NCBI GenBank assembly: GCA_020724065.1
Contig: DYHQ01000001.1
Location: 26,782 to 90,781 of the forward strand
Source of the DNA: Candidatus Puniceispirillum sp.
GTDB lineage: Bacteria > Electryoneota > RPQS01 > DYHQ01
DNA length: 64,000 nucleotides
Direction of reading: 5' to 3'
In this document: one piece after another, positions 49,101 through 58,302 of the stretch
Position numbering within the stretch: the first letter of the stretch is position 1
How the letters are laid out: each line of letters opens with the position of its first letter
Notes under the pieces: model-generated
What the model was told of the DNA's origin: nothing
Seen by the model: only the letters and a program-made list of their open reading frames with translations
The model's database searches: none
Made by a program: the position numbers and the translations under genes

Positions 49101-50027
49101 CATGAAGAAACCGCCCTTTACTATTGGTGTGATAATCCGAGCACTTCGTTTGAATATCGCCTTCCGGGAAACGCTATCTTTCGCGGAACGGCCACTGTGC
49201 AGAACGGCCATTTTTCGATCACTTTCCGTGTTCCGAAGGATGTGACCTTCGGTGGCTCGAATGCCAAGATCAGCTTGTATTACTATGGGAAAGATGCTCT
49301 GGGGGACTCCGCCGATGGAATCGGAGTCAGGGAAAACATCCCTATCGCTTCGACCGTCGGGAGCGAGTCGGACAGCCTGCCGCCTCAAATAAATGCGTGG
49401 CTGGAAACGCCGAGTTTCCAGGCAGGAGATCCTGTGAGTTCAAGTCCTTTGCTTCATGTGACCATCAGCGACTCCTTTGGAATTAACTTGAGCGGTGAGG
49501 TCGGACATAAGATTATTGCCCGGGTGGATGAATCGCTGTCGGAGGACTTAACCCCGTTCTTCAATTATGATCTTGACAGCCATGTTCGCGGGAGTTTGGA
49601 GAAGCGGCTCGGGCCTTTTTCGCAGGGAGAGCACCGCCTTGTCGTGGAAGCCTGGGACAGTTTTAATAATTTGGATCAGCAATCTCTTTCCTTTGTCGTG
49701 GGAGAGGAGGGAGCAGCCGGATTCGAGCTGCGGGATGTCTTGAACTGGCCCAATCCGATGAAGGACTTCACCCATTTCACCTATTTTCTGACTCAACCCG
49801 CGGCTGAAGTCACGATTAAGATATATACTCTGACGGGAAAGCATGTGTACACTCTGGACGATCTTGACGCGAGCTATGGATTTCGTAGCAACAACACGCG
49901 ACCGTGGGATGGCCGAGATGCGACAGGACATGAATTGGCCAATGGCGTCTATCTGTATCGAGTCATCGCGAAGACAGTGGCAGGTGTTCATTCAGAAAAA
50001 ACAGGGAAGTTGGTCATTTTGAGATAG
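46161..50027 (+). CDS. porU: T9SS sortase PorU (peptidase C25/gingipain family)
   Basis: Signal peptide from ATG 46161. YKISVRETGLY, IYDEF..G..DP.AIRDF, LVGDG.YD, GRLP, catalytic NYMGHG (His codon 48576) and ATC (Cys codon 48681), GDPAL, C-terminal CTD. Directly upstream of porV. Confidence 0.88.
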   Translation: MRYGWIVALLGLPLILFASALEIEVSNSTMCRFAYAPGPATVHADTVRAGALVREWMDTDETVAGGLRQPVRHVYVVLPPKAVPVLETGDLQTHWESGGLAAPDPTWPEMTGRATPESFAKLVEEFRWRDFRLAHIEIYPVREWGGGANLLERVRCTIQFVGGQISGQPPRDLQILSRLAVNGGIGATWWEAPVRRPERTSSTWPEGDLYKISVRETGLYRVSGEWLQSHGVNFIGQATRKLHLLGNGGHLLPRDFNRARDTLFVEDAIWVEDGGDGNFDPEDYFIFYGQGLKGFDYIDGDSYHLYELAHHSPYSQDNAYFVQYDANGPDGLRMPSLPAGSVGGQPVTGTRGRVVRDDDLFIFNTDAFSESGLVWFMATVAPGDVRSFVTTLPGVTDGSGRMKLDFKVRGSGSPKLTISVNDSILLENYYSEFAFEIAFSSGVLVPGSNNLTIENTGNQSTLLNFIEYDYARDLSSSGGELFFEAPTSTTGLYRYELPDLTAPHVIDITDPLHPRMGRSNIFVDSSWVDMPRQYYACSPERLRTAQWVGKDIHETEDYDILRRAGRQTDMIIIIPDEWFDMLAPLKTFHESHAEEPLTVIRVRLSDIYDEFAWGNSDPVAIRDFLHYAFANWRGSDGAQEAPRYLVLVGDGNYDYRNILLTSDHNWMPPWEKDGDCFDDFYSEFGGPLPNLYTGRLPVQSSTELQVTLDKITQYGGNPLYGPWKNTATFVADDEYKNGCKSGEHVHTEDSEEILKAVLPSYFTFKKIYEIFYPFRSSPTGGFKPDATRDLLECINRGTLIVNYMGHGNPEVWSDEQVFVSGRDSPLIENGRMLGFFVAATCSWGQFDTPLLRCHPEVLMAKFGAGAIGALAATRFTTPISNNALLIWFYDSLFEQRWPRTSLGEALFLSKGVSQSNSERYHLFGDPALRLATPEGSARVTQLSSDSLQALSLFTIEGEVLRDTVQLWEDFAGIVEARVYDHEETALYYWCDNPSTSFEYRLPGNAIFRGTATVQNGHFSITFRVPKDVTFGGSNAKISLYYYGKDALGDSADGIGVRENIPIASTVGSESDSLPPQINAWLETPSFQAGDPVSSSPLLHVTISDSFGINLSGEVGHKIIARVDESLSEDLTPFFNYDLDSHVRGSLEKRLGPFSQGEHRLVVEAWDSFNNLDQQSLSFVVGEEGAAGFELRDVLNWPNPMKDFTHFTYFLTQPAAEVTIKIYTLTGKHVYTLDDLDASYGFRSNNTRPWDGRDATGHELANGVYLYRVIAKTVAGVHSEKTGKLVILR

Positions 50028-50128
50028 ATGTCTGCTTCCGTCATTTCCAGTTGGGGATCGGGAAGCCGTTGGATTGTGATTTCTCACACCTACAGCAATG
50101 TATTATTTATTGATATTCGGAGGAGCTG

Positions 50129-51175
50129 ATGAAGCGATCAGTGTGTGTCATTCTCGGAGCGGCGCTCATCTTGACGGCCTTTCCGGCCTGGGCGGCGGGA
50201 GTGAGCCAGGCGACGATGCTCTTTTTGAAGATCGCGCCCGGCGGGCGGCCCACAGGAATGGGTGAAGCCTTTGTTGCGATGGCGGATGAGGCGACCGCCG
50301 TCTGGTGGAATCCGGCAGGCCTCGGATTTCAGCAACAGAAGCAGTTTACTGCAATGTACACTCGATGGTTGCCTCAGTTCAAACTCTCTGACCTTTACTA
50401 CAGCTATTTGGCCTATATCCATGATGTCCCCGAGTGGGGTACTTTCGGCACCAATGTCATCTTTCTGAATTTGGGTGAGACGGAACGGCGTGACGAGAGC
50501 AATCGCTCTTTGGGGACTTTCTCGAGCTTTGAGCTGGCAGTCTCCGGCGCCTATGGTGCAAAAGTCAATGAAGACCTCACCATGGGAGTGGGCCTGAAAC
50601 TCGTTTACTCCAATCTTTCTCCCTTTGGTGCGGGAGCTGAGAAGGGAACGGGACGCGCGACAGCCGTAGCCGCTGATATTGGAGTGCTCTATAAGGCGAC
50701 CTTCCTGCGGGGTCTTTCGATGGGCGCTTGTCTCTCAAACCTGGGACCCAAAGTGGCCTACATTGACCGGGCTCAGGCGGATCCACTGCCCACAAACCTG
50801 AAGATGGGCGTTGCCTATCATGTCATTAACCAGGAATTCAATAAACTGACGATTGCCACTGACCTGAACAAAGAGCTCGTCGTTCGGCATAGTGACGGAA
50901 CCTCCGATGAATTCTATGAGGCGATGTTCACATCATGGGGGGACGGCGACCTCGTCAAATCAACCATCTGGAATGTGGGTGCGGAATATTGGTACGGCAC
51001 TCTCGTTGGACTGCGCGCCGGTTATTGGAACGATGACTTGGGTAAAGTCTTTCCGATTACCTTTGGTGTCTCTCTGCAGTACAGCGTTTATCGCTTCGAC
51101 TTCAGTTATTTGAATGCGGGACAGAATCACCCGCTTTCGGATACAATGCGCTACTCGCTTTCCGTCGCCTTTTGA
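50129..51175 (+). CDS. porV: T9SS outer-membrane shuttle PorV
   Basis: FLKIAPGGR..GMGEA.VA.AD..A.WWNPAGL, WLP, ADIG.LY, NLGPK..Y....DPLPTNL, NHPLSDTMRYSL, terminal F. Confidence 0.9.
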   Translation: MKRSVCVILGAALILTAFPAWAAGVSQATMLFLKIAPGGRPTGMGEAFVAMADEATAVWWNPAGLGFQQQKQFTAMYTRWLPQFKLSDLYYSYLAYIHDVPEWGTFGTNVIFLNLGETERRDESNRSLGTFSSFELAVSGAYGAKVNEDLTMGVGLKLVYSNLSPFGAGAEKGTGRATAVAADIGVLYKATFLRGLSMGACLSNLGPKVAYIDRAQADPLPTNLKMGVAYHVINQEFNKLTIATDLNKELVVRHSDGTSDEFYEAMFTSWGDGDLVKSTIWNVGAEYWYGTLVGLRAGYWNDDLGKVFPITFGVSLQYSVYRFDFSYLNAGQNHPLSDTMRYSLSVAF

Positions 51176-51224
51176 CCGCTCTTGTGGGTGATGCGAGCCG
51201 TGGAGGATATTTCGACTGCACCTT

Positions 51225-54200
51225 TTGTTAGTCATACTTCTGCTTTGCCCCTGCGTCTGTCTTGCTGAGGGGCTAAAGCCGGCGCCGATGGCGATGGCTG
51301 CCCAGGCGGTGAGCGAGCGTTGGCCAGTGGGCGATACGGTGGATGTCTGCGCCATCCGTATTGAATTTGTGCCCGACCAGATGACGGGAACATTGGGAGA
51401 CGGCACGATGGGCTCGGCGTTCGAGACTGGTTTGCTGATTGATCCTCTTCCGCATGACCGTGCCTACTTCGAGGATCACCTTCTTTTTTTGCGGCACTAC
51501 TACCAGACTGTCTCGGAGAACAAGGTTCCATTCGGACGGTTGGATGTTTATCCCGTCGAGGAGGATAGTGTCTATCGCGCGGCCTATCCGATGTGGCACT
51601 ATAACTACAACATGGATGATGAGCTTTTGAATCGGCGACTGACGGAACTCTTTCTTGAGGCGCTGCAGCTTGCCGATAGCGCGGGGGTCAATTTCTCAGA
51701 CAATGACGCGGTCGTCGTTTTTCATGCGGGAGTCGGCAAGGATTTCAATATCGGCTATGACAGCACGCCCTTTGATTTGCCCTCTGCCTACATTGCTCCG
51801 GCTGATTTTCGCGCCTACTTGCCTGAGTATCCCAACGGATTTCTGACCAACGACGGAAAGCTCATAGACCGAGGACTCCTGCTTCCCGAAGGCGAGAGCC
51901 AAGAAGGATTCGAGCTCAGTGTGAACGGCGTCATGGTCAAGCTTTTTGGCAATTGGTTGGGACTGCCGGACCTTTTTGACACGCAAACGGGGCTCTCCGG
52001 CATCGGGCGGTGGGGAATGATGGATCAGGGCAGTGGCAATGTGTTCGCCCTCGTGCCAGCGATGCCGGAAGCGTGGTCTCGTGCCTACATGGGGTGGGTG
52101 ATCCCGGACACCATCTGGGCGTCTGCTCAAATCGAGACACTGCAGATTAAGCGGTTCGGAATAAGCACCGACGCGCCGGAAATGCTTCTGCTGCCCATCA
52201 CAGAAACTGAATGCTATCTGCTCGAGAGTCGAGCAGCCGACCCGGATTGCTTGGGTTATGTGGAGTGTCTCGACCGACAGGGACGACGCATGCGACTGAC
52301 TCTTGAAGGAGAAGCGACCCTTTTGGATGGCGCTTTTGGAGTTGTGACGGAGGTGCGCAATTACGATTTTGGCATTCCAGGCGCAGGGATTTTGATCTGG
52401 CACATTAACGAGACAAAGATTCAAGAAGGTCTTGCTGACAATACGGTCAATGCTGATCCTGAGCACCGAGGAGTGGATTTGGTGGAGGCGGACGGGGCGC
52501 AGGATATCGGCGAAGAGTATGGTTTTGGATTCGCGGGAGGCGGCACCGAATTGGGTGCACCCGAGGACGCTTGGTGGGACGATAACGACTATCACAAGCA
52601 AGCCAACGCAAATGCCTTTCAAGTCGTCTTCAATAACACGACCTTTCCCGCTGCTCGGACGGATGATTGGGCTTACAGTTGGCACGAACTCTCTCATTTT
52701 TCGCCGATTTCATCCACGATGAGTTTCAGAGTGAAGAATCGCACTCGTGTCGCCGGTTTTCCGATTGAAATTCCCTCTATGCTTGAGGACTCGCTCATTG
52801 TGTTTCCCGGAGATTTCAACGGAGACGGTCACTCGGAGCTGCTCGTTGCTGGACGCGATACCACGATTCTCATCATTGATTCAACAGCAACTCCTCGGCA
52901 GGTCGTTCTGCCCGTGTGGAACAACATGCGCGTCGTTGACCTTGACGGGGACGGTCAGGACGAATTACTTCTTGGAGGAAGTCGGCTCTATATCGTAAGA
53001 AATCTGATGGGACAGCCCGACATTGATTCGATGTATCGTGAACCAAGGAACGGTATTTACAATCACCTTTGTGCGGGTGTAGCTCCGGACAGTTCGCCTC
53101 GCATATTGGCTGTTTGGGAGCAAGATGAGCCCGGGAATGAATTTGCTTTTGGATTGGTTCTCTTTGACGGTGAGGCAAATCTCTTAGACGACACGCTGGA
53201 CTTTCCCAGTGATGCGATTTGGCAGGTAACCCGTGTTGTTGCCTTGGAGCCGCCGCCGAGTCATTCGTGGGCCATCGGGTATGAAGCCCCGGGGCGCAAT
53301 GAACTTCTGGTCATGGTCGGCCTGACGGATGAGATTGAAATCAAATGGAAGCAGGAAGGAAGCAACGGCTTGCGCCCATTGGCGTGTGTCGCCACGGAGG
53401 CAGAGACGCTGTTATGGTGCGAATCAGGTTGGCGAAACCGATGGACAGGTGAAATAGTCCGAGAGGCGAAGTGTTCTTTCAGCTATCAGATTCTTGACTG
53501 GGATGGGGATGGGACGCCCGAGACTATCAAAGATGGGCAAGCCTGCCACCTGGCGTTTGGTACACCGGTGGAAGAATTTCCATTGCGCGCGCCTGTTCAA
53601 TCCGTCGTTGCGGCTGATTTTGACGGCGACCGTTTGCCGGACCTGTTGGGAGACGACGGACAGTGGCACATTTTCCGGCACAGTCTGCGAGAACCTGCGG
53701 GTTTTCCCATGGCGCGTCTTGGAGAGTATCGCTTCATTTTTCATTGGGACAGTGAGGATTACCCCGAGGCAGCCGTGCTGACTTCCCCCTCTTATTTCCC
53801 TGATGGAACGAAGTGGTTGGACTTGCGGCGATTGGCTGTCGGAGGCGCGCCGGGGGAGCGAGAGATTTTTTGCGCTTATTCGGATCCAAGCCAATTCGAT
53901 CCGAATCCCACTTATTTCTATGTCGTCGAGCACGGGATCGGTTCTCAGGCTTATTCGCGCTCAGATTGGGTCTATGCGTGGCCGAACCCCACGAAGGATA
54001 TCAGCAATATCCGTTTGACTCTGCCCTTTCATGCTCAAGCGAACATTCGATTCTATGACATTGCGGGGCATTTGATTGATGAGTTGTCCGCTACCGTGAG
54101 TCCGGGTTATTCCGATGTGGCTTGGGATGTGTCCAGAGTCACTTCCGGTGTCTATATTGCGATGGTCGAAATCGTCGGCGATGGAAAGACCGAGCGCGCT

Positions 54201-54227
54201 CTGCTCAAGATTGCGGTGGTGAAGTGA
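51225..54227 (+). CDS. M6 (immune inhibitor A)-like domain, FG-GAP/VCBS repeats and T9SS CTD; zinc motif degenerate
   Basis: YY..VS, VVFHAGVG, LGLPDLFD, GIGRWGMMD.G, AWSR.YMGW, YLLE.R, GILIWHI, VDLVEADG. Repeats GDFNGDG, DLDGDG, DWDGDG, DFDGD. CTD YAWPNP..SGVYI..KIAVVK. Start codon uncertain. Confidence 0.8.
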   Translation: MLVILLLCPCVCLAEGLKPAPMAMAAQAVSERWPVGDTVDVCAIRIEFVPDQMTGTLGDGTMGSAFETGLLIDPLPHDRAYFEDHLLFLRHYYQTVSENKVPFGRLDVYPVEEDSVYRAAYPMWHYNYNMDDELLNRRLTELFLEALQLADSAGVNFSDNDAVVVFHAGVGKDFNIGYDSTPFDLPSAYIAPADFRAYLPEYPNGFLTNDGKLIDRGLLLPEGESQEGFELSVNGVMVKLFGNWLGLPDLFDTQTGLSGIGRWGMMDQGSGNVFALVPAMPEAWSRAYMGWVIPDTIWASAQIETLQIKRFGISTDAPEMLLLPITETECYLLESRAADPDCLGYVECLDRQGRRMRLTLEGEATLLDGAFGVVTEVRNYDFGIPGAGILIWHINETKIQEGLADNTVNADPEHRGVDLVEADGAQDIGEEYGFGFAGGGTELGAPEDAWWDDNDYHKQANANAFQVVFNNTTFPAARTDDWAYSWHELSHFSPISSTMSFRVKNRTRVAGFPIEIPSMLEDSLIVFPGDFNGDGHSELLVAGRDTTILIIDSTATPRQVVLPVWNNMRVVDLDGDGQDELLLGGSRLYIVRNLMGQPDIDSMYREPRNGIYNHLCAGVAPDSSPRILAVWEQDEPGNEFAFGLVLFDGEANLLDDTLDFPSDAIWQVTRVVALEPPPSHSWAIGYEAPGRNELLVMVGLTDEIEIKWKQEGSNGLRPLACVATEAETLLWCESGWRNRWTGEIVREAKCSFSYQILDWDGDGTPETIKDGQACHLAFGTPVEEFPLRAPVQSVVAADFDGDRLPDLLGDDGQWHIFRHSLREPAGFPMARLGEYRFIFHWDSEDYPEAAVLTSPSYFPDGTKWLDLRRLAVGGAPGEREIFCAYSDPSQFDPNPTYFYVVEHGIGSQAYSRSDWVYAWPNPTKDISNIRLTLPFHAQANIRFYDIAGHLIDELSATVSPGYSDVAWDVSRVTSGVYIAMVEIVGDGKTERALLKIAVVK

Positions 54228-57200
54228 GTGCGAGGCTGATAGTCTTCTCTCGGTGGCAATGGAGCCTATGCCTCTTCATTCTGCTTTGGTTTGGGAGTTT
54301 TCCGGCAAAGGCTCGAGATCTTTACAATCATCCCGAGCTGAAATGGCGAAGTTTTGCCACAGAGCATTTTGTCATCTATTTCTCCGACGGTCTTGACAGT
54401 GTTGCGGCTCTGGCAGCCAAGATTGCCGAAGAGATTCATGAACCCCTTTGCGAGCTCTATGATTATCGCCCGGATGGGAAAGTCTCGCTGATTTTTCAGG
54501 ACACGGACGACATCTCGAATGCCGCCAGCTACTTTATGAACAACAAGATATTCTTCTGGGCGACGGCGATGGATTGGGACCTGCGCGGGACGCATCACTG
54601 GCTGCGCAATGTCATCACTCATGAGTACGGGCATATGATACAGCTTGGAGTGTCGCGCAAATGGTCACGACGGATTCCTGCCGGGTATTTTCAATGGATG
54701 GATTATGAGCCGGAGCGCCGTCCCGATGTTCTCTACGGCTATCCCAATCGTGTCGCGAGCTACCCCTATCCCGCTGTAACGATTCCCGCGTGGTTTGCGG
54801 AAGGTACGGCGCAGTTCCAATTGACCGGACGAACCTACGATTTCTGGGACAGCCATCGTGACATGCTACTGCGCTCGGCGACTCTTTCGAGTCGGCTTCT
54901 TTCGTATGAGGAAATGGGCTATTTCGGCAAGACATCCCTCGAAGCCGAGATGGTTTACAATCAGGGATTTTCTTTGACCAAGTACATTGCTGACCATGCG
55001 GGCGGCCCCGAAGCTCTCTCCAAAATCAGTGCGGCGATGAATTCGCCGTTCCCCATCACATTCAGTCGCGCTCTAAGAAAAACGACCGGCAAGTCGGGCG
55101 ACGAGTGGTATCGTCTGTGGAAAGGTCATCTTGAGCAAGAGTACGGCGCGTTGCAGAATCGAATCACCCCCACAGTCGTGGCCACGGATACGGTTCCTAC
55201 GACAGGCTCGGTCAATCTCTTCCCACGGCTTTCACCCGATGGCCGCTTAGTCGCTTTTATCTCCAATCAGGGTCGAGACTATGAGAGCCAGTCAAGTCTC
55301 TACTCATACGATGTGGAGACAAAAGGAGTAAAGAAGCTGGCGGGCAGTGTTCAGGGAGCGCTCTGCTGGCTGCCCGACGGCAAGGGAATTATCTTTTCTC
55401 GTCGAGCATTGAACAGTCAGACGGGGTCTCTGCAATTTGACCTGTATCTCTATCTCCTGGAGGAGGAGAAAGAGATTCGACTGACCAAAGGTCTTCGTGC
55501 TGAAGGCCCTGATTTGTCTCCTGACGGCAAGACCCTGGCTTTTACGATCAATGAAGGCGGCAATCGAGATCTGGCCTTGATGCCGATGCCCAGCGACTAT
55601 CTTTCCAAGAAACACAAACCGCTTTCCAACGATGCGGTAGTCTGCCGCTATCGGGGCTGCGCCGGTGTTCAATACTACCACCCTCGCTGGAGCCCTGACG
55701 GTCGGCGGTTGGTCGCTGCGTCCAGTGAAAGGGAAGGTCGAGATATTCACATTTTCGGTGTATCGTCCGGCGCCGATTCCCTCTGGCTGGAGAAGATCAT
55801 TCCAGGCCAAAATATGGAATTGCGGGATCCCACTTTCTGCGAGGACGGAAATCATCTTGCCACCGCCCACGACAAGAGTGGAATATCGAACATCTATCGA
55901 ATAGACCTTGAGACGGATGCGCGCGAGCCATTAACCTCCGTGGTTGGGGGGGCCTACTACCCCGATTTGCGAGAGGGTCGGCTTGCATTCTGTGATTTCA
56001 CGGGCCACGGGTTCAGGATTTGCGTCATTCATCATGTCGAACCTATCAAACTTCCCGCAGACCATCTTGACCATGAGACCTACGCTTCCCGGGTGCCCGA
56101 GCCGACCTATGACAATCGGTTTCAAGTGCCCGAGGTATCCTCCTACAAACCACGATTCGACAATCTCTACTGGTTCCCGCGGATCATGATTGACTACGGT
56201 ACGGTGAAACCCGGAACCTATGTTTGGCTCACGGACATCTTGGGCAAACTTGATTTCATCGGCGGATTTGCGATGAATAGCAAAAAGGATTATGATCTCT
56301 ACGGCCAAGTGGAATATCGTGTTTTCTATCCGACGATTTTTGCCGAAATCTTCAATATGCAACGCCGCTTGTCTCAGCACTTTGCAGATTCGACCCGCAT
56401 TATTGATGAGAGCGAGGGCGAGCCAATCTACGACCGCTATCGAATCCGTTATCGCTACAATTTGACCGAGGTGGATGCCGGTCTGAAGTGGCCACTGGGG
56501 AGATCTTCTTACTTGAAATTGACAGGCATCTATGATCGTTACACCGCTCATAATCGGTTTGACGACGGAACGGCTATAGCACTGACTTATTTCAAAGGAA
56601 TGTCGGCGCAGCTCGCCTATTACACCAATCAAGTGAGACGAGATGTGGATAGTCCGATCAATCCTTCGGCGGGCTACTACGGATTTCTGCGTTGCACGCG
56701 TGCCAACCAGAAATTCTTCACCGGTTTTCGCATTGACGCCGACAAGTTCATCCTGGTGGAAGTGTACGAACCGTACAACTATGACCTCTTTGAAGGCGGA
56801 TTCGAGAAGTACTTCTCGTTGCCTTTTGGCTCGCATGCGTTTGCTCTGCGTTTCCAAGGAGGCTGGATTGACAAAACGGTTGATCCTTTCTTCTATATCT
56901 TTGCGGGCGGCCTACCGGGGATGAGAGGTTATTCCTATTACAGTCTTGGCGGCGAGCGCATGGCGGTTGCCACCACAACCTACCGTTTTCCCATCATTAA
57001 GCGCGCAGGGTGGAATCTTTATCCTCTTTCAATCAATCGCATCTATGGAAATCTCTTTTGCGATGTCGGCGATGCGTGGGTGGGGGATTTTGAGAGCGGC
57101 CGCGTGAAGAAGGATGTGGGAGCGGGTCTGAGGATTCAAATGCACTCGTTCTACTCCTATCCTACAGCGCTGTCCGTGGATGTTGCCTATGGTTTTGACC

Positions 57201-57328
57201 GATTCACGCATAAGGAAGAGGATTTTGAAGCAACCTACGGCAAAGAATGGCGCTATTATGTGACTGTGTTGTTTGATTTCTACAATCCTTTCACGGAGGG
57301 AATTGCGGAGGGCATTTCCCTCAAATGA
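54224..57328 (+). CDS. Fusion of gluzincin (MA-clan) metallopeptidase, TolB-like PD40 propeller and Omp85/BamA-type barrel
   Basis: GTG 54224 (GTGA overlap) and signal peptide. THEYGH plus WFAEGTA. PD40 repeats SPDGR, LPDGK, SPDGK, WSPDGR. Barrel motifs GG..GMRGY, YRFPI, F.D.GDAW, DVGAGLR, DVAYGF. Confidence 0.8.
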   Translation: MSARLIVFSRWQWSLCLFILLWFGSFPAKARDLYNHPELKWRSFATEHFVIYFSDGLDSVAALAAKIAEEIHEPLCELYDYRPDGKVSLIFQDTDDISNAASYFMNNKIFFWATAMDWDLRGTHHWLRNVITHEYGHMIQLGVSRKWSRRIPAGYFQWMDYEPERRPDVLYGYPNRVASYPYPAVTIPAWFAEGTAQFQLTGRTYDFWDSHRDMLLRSATLSSRLLSYEEMGYFGKTSLEAEMVYNQGFSLTKYIADHAGGPEALSKISAAMNSPFPITFSRALRKTTGKSGDEWYRLWKGHLEQEYGALQNRITPTVVATDTVPTTGSVNLFPRLSPDGRLVAFISNQGRDYESQSSLYSYDVETKGVKKLAGSVQGALCWLPDGKGIIFSRRALNSQTGSLQFDLYLYLLEEEKEIRLTKGLRAEGPDLSPDGKTLAFTINEGGNRDLALMPMPSDYLSKKHKPLSNDAVVCRYRGCAGVQYYHPRWSPDGRRLVAASSEREGRDIHIFGVSSGADSLWLEKIIPGQNMELRDPTFCEDGNHLATAHDKSGISNIYRIDLETDAREPLTSVVGGAYYPDLREGRLAFCDFTGHGFRICVIHHVEPIKLPADHLDHETYASRVPEPTYDNRFQVPEVSSYKPRFDNLYWFPRIMIDYGTVKPGTYVWLTDILGKLDFIGGFAMNSKKDYDLYGQVEYRVFYPTIFAEIFNMQRRLSQHFADSTRIIDESEGEPIYDRYRIRYRYNLTEVDAGLKWPLGRSSYLKLTGIYDRYTAHNRFDDGTAIALTYFKGMSAQLAYYTNQVRRDVDSPINPSAGYYGFLRCTRANQKFFTGFRIDADKFILVEVYEPYNYDLFEGGFEKYFSLPFGSHAFALRFQGGWIDKTVDPFFYIFAGGLPGMRGYSYYSLGGERMAVATTTYRFPIIKRAGWNLYPLSINRIYGNLFCDVGDAWVGDFESGRVKKDVGAGLRIQMHSFYSYPTALSVDVAYGFDRFTHKEEDFEATYGKEWRYYVTVLFDFYNPFTEGIAEGISLK

Positions 57329-57449
57329 GAGAGTCTCTTCCAGATGTCCTCCCCACCGAGGACGGCGGGGGCTAGTGGAAAGAAGCGCAGAGGGTGCGGG
57401 CATCGCAAAATAGAAATATTGAAATAGAGAAAATAAGGAGGATAGGATT

Positions 57450-58277
57450 ATGCGCATGCGAATGATGGCGATGCTGCTATTCATGGGGCTGCTGCTGGCT
57501 TTTGGCAGACCCAAGGCAGTCCACGCTGCCGAGTGGGAATTCTCTCCGACTCGGCCTGAGCTCATGCAGCGACTGGGAGTTGACGCCGGCTCCGATCTTG
57601 ATGCGCAGAGTGAGGCCAAGAGCGTGGTTCCCGGAAAGAAAAATATCGGCCGGGCGCTCCTGTTCTCATTGGTTCTTCCCGGAACGGGTCAGCTCTATGC
57701 CGGCCCATGGTGGCGCGCTATTCCGTGGGTGGCGATCGAGGCGGTGGGGTGGGGCGTCTTTGCGGTTTATCAGAAGAAGGGGAATGACAAAATGAATGAG
57801 TTCGAAGATTTCGCGGATACGCACTTCGACACGGCTCGCTACTGGAACCAAGTGCGGTGGATTCTGGAGAACAACAACAATACACTCCCAGACAATTTCA
57901 CCCACGAACTGCCTTCGGAGCGAACCCAGCAGTATTACGAGATGATCGGGAAGTATATTGAGCAGTTCGGCTTTGGATGGGATGATACCACAGGGGACGA
58001 TCCCGCCACGCTCTATTTTGACGGAACAACCGCCAATTTCTTCTATTATGCCGACATGCGGGGAGAAGCGAATGACTTGCTCCATACTGCCAATGTTGGC
58101 ATGGAAGTCGTCCTTGTCAATCATATCATCTCCCCTCTCGAGGCCGCTTTTCTGGTTCGTTCTCATAATCGGCGAGTGGACAAGGAGGCGGGACTTGGGC
58201 ATTATCTGCGGTACGACCGTCGAATGATCAATGGGGCTGATACGAGGCTTCTGACTCTCCGAATTCCGCTCAACTGA
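57450..58277 (+). CDS. Exported membrane protein, DUF5683-like
   Basis: Signal peptide, KK..GRALLFSLVLPGTGQLYAG, QQYYEMIGKY, NHIIS..EA, C-terminal strand LTLRIPL. Confidence 0.65.
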   Translation: MRMRMMAMLLFMGLLLAFGRPKAVHAAEWEFSPTRPELMQRLGVDAGSDLDAQSEAKSVVPGKKNIGRALLFSLVLPGTGQLYAGPWWRAIPWVAIEAVGWGVFAVYQKKGNDKMNEFEDFADTHFDTARYWNQVRWILENNNNTLPDNFTHELPSERTQQYYEMIGKYIEQFGFGWDDTTGDDPATLYFDGTTANFFYYADMRGEANDLLHTANVGMEVVLVNHIISPLEAAFLVRSHNRRVDKEAGLGHYLRYDRRMINGADTRLLTLRIPLN

Positions 58278-58302
58278 GCATTCTGAAACGGCCACGGCCA
58301 CT

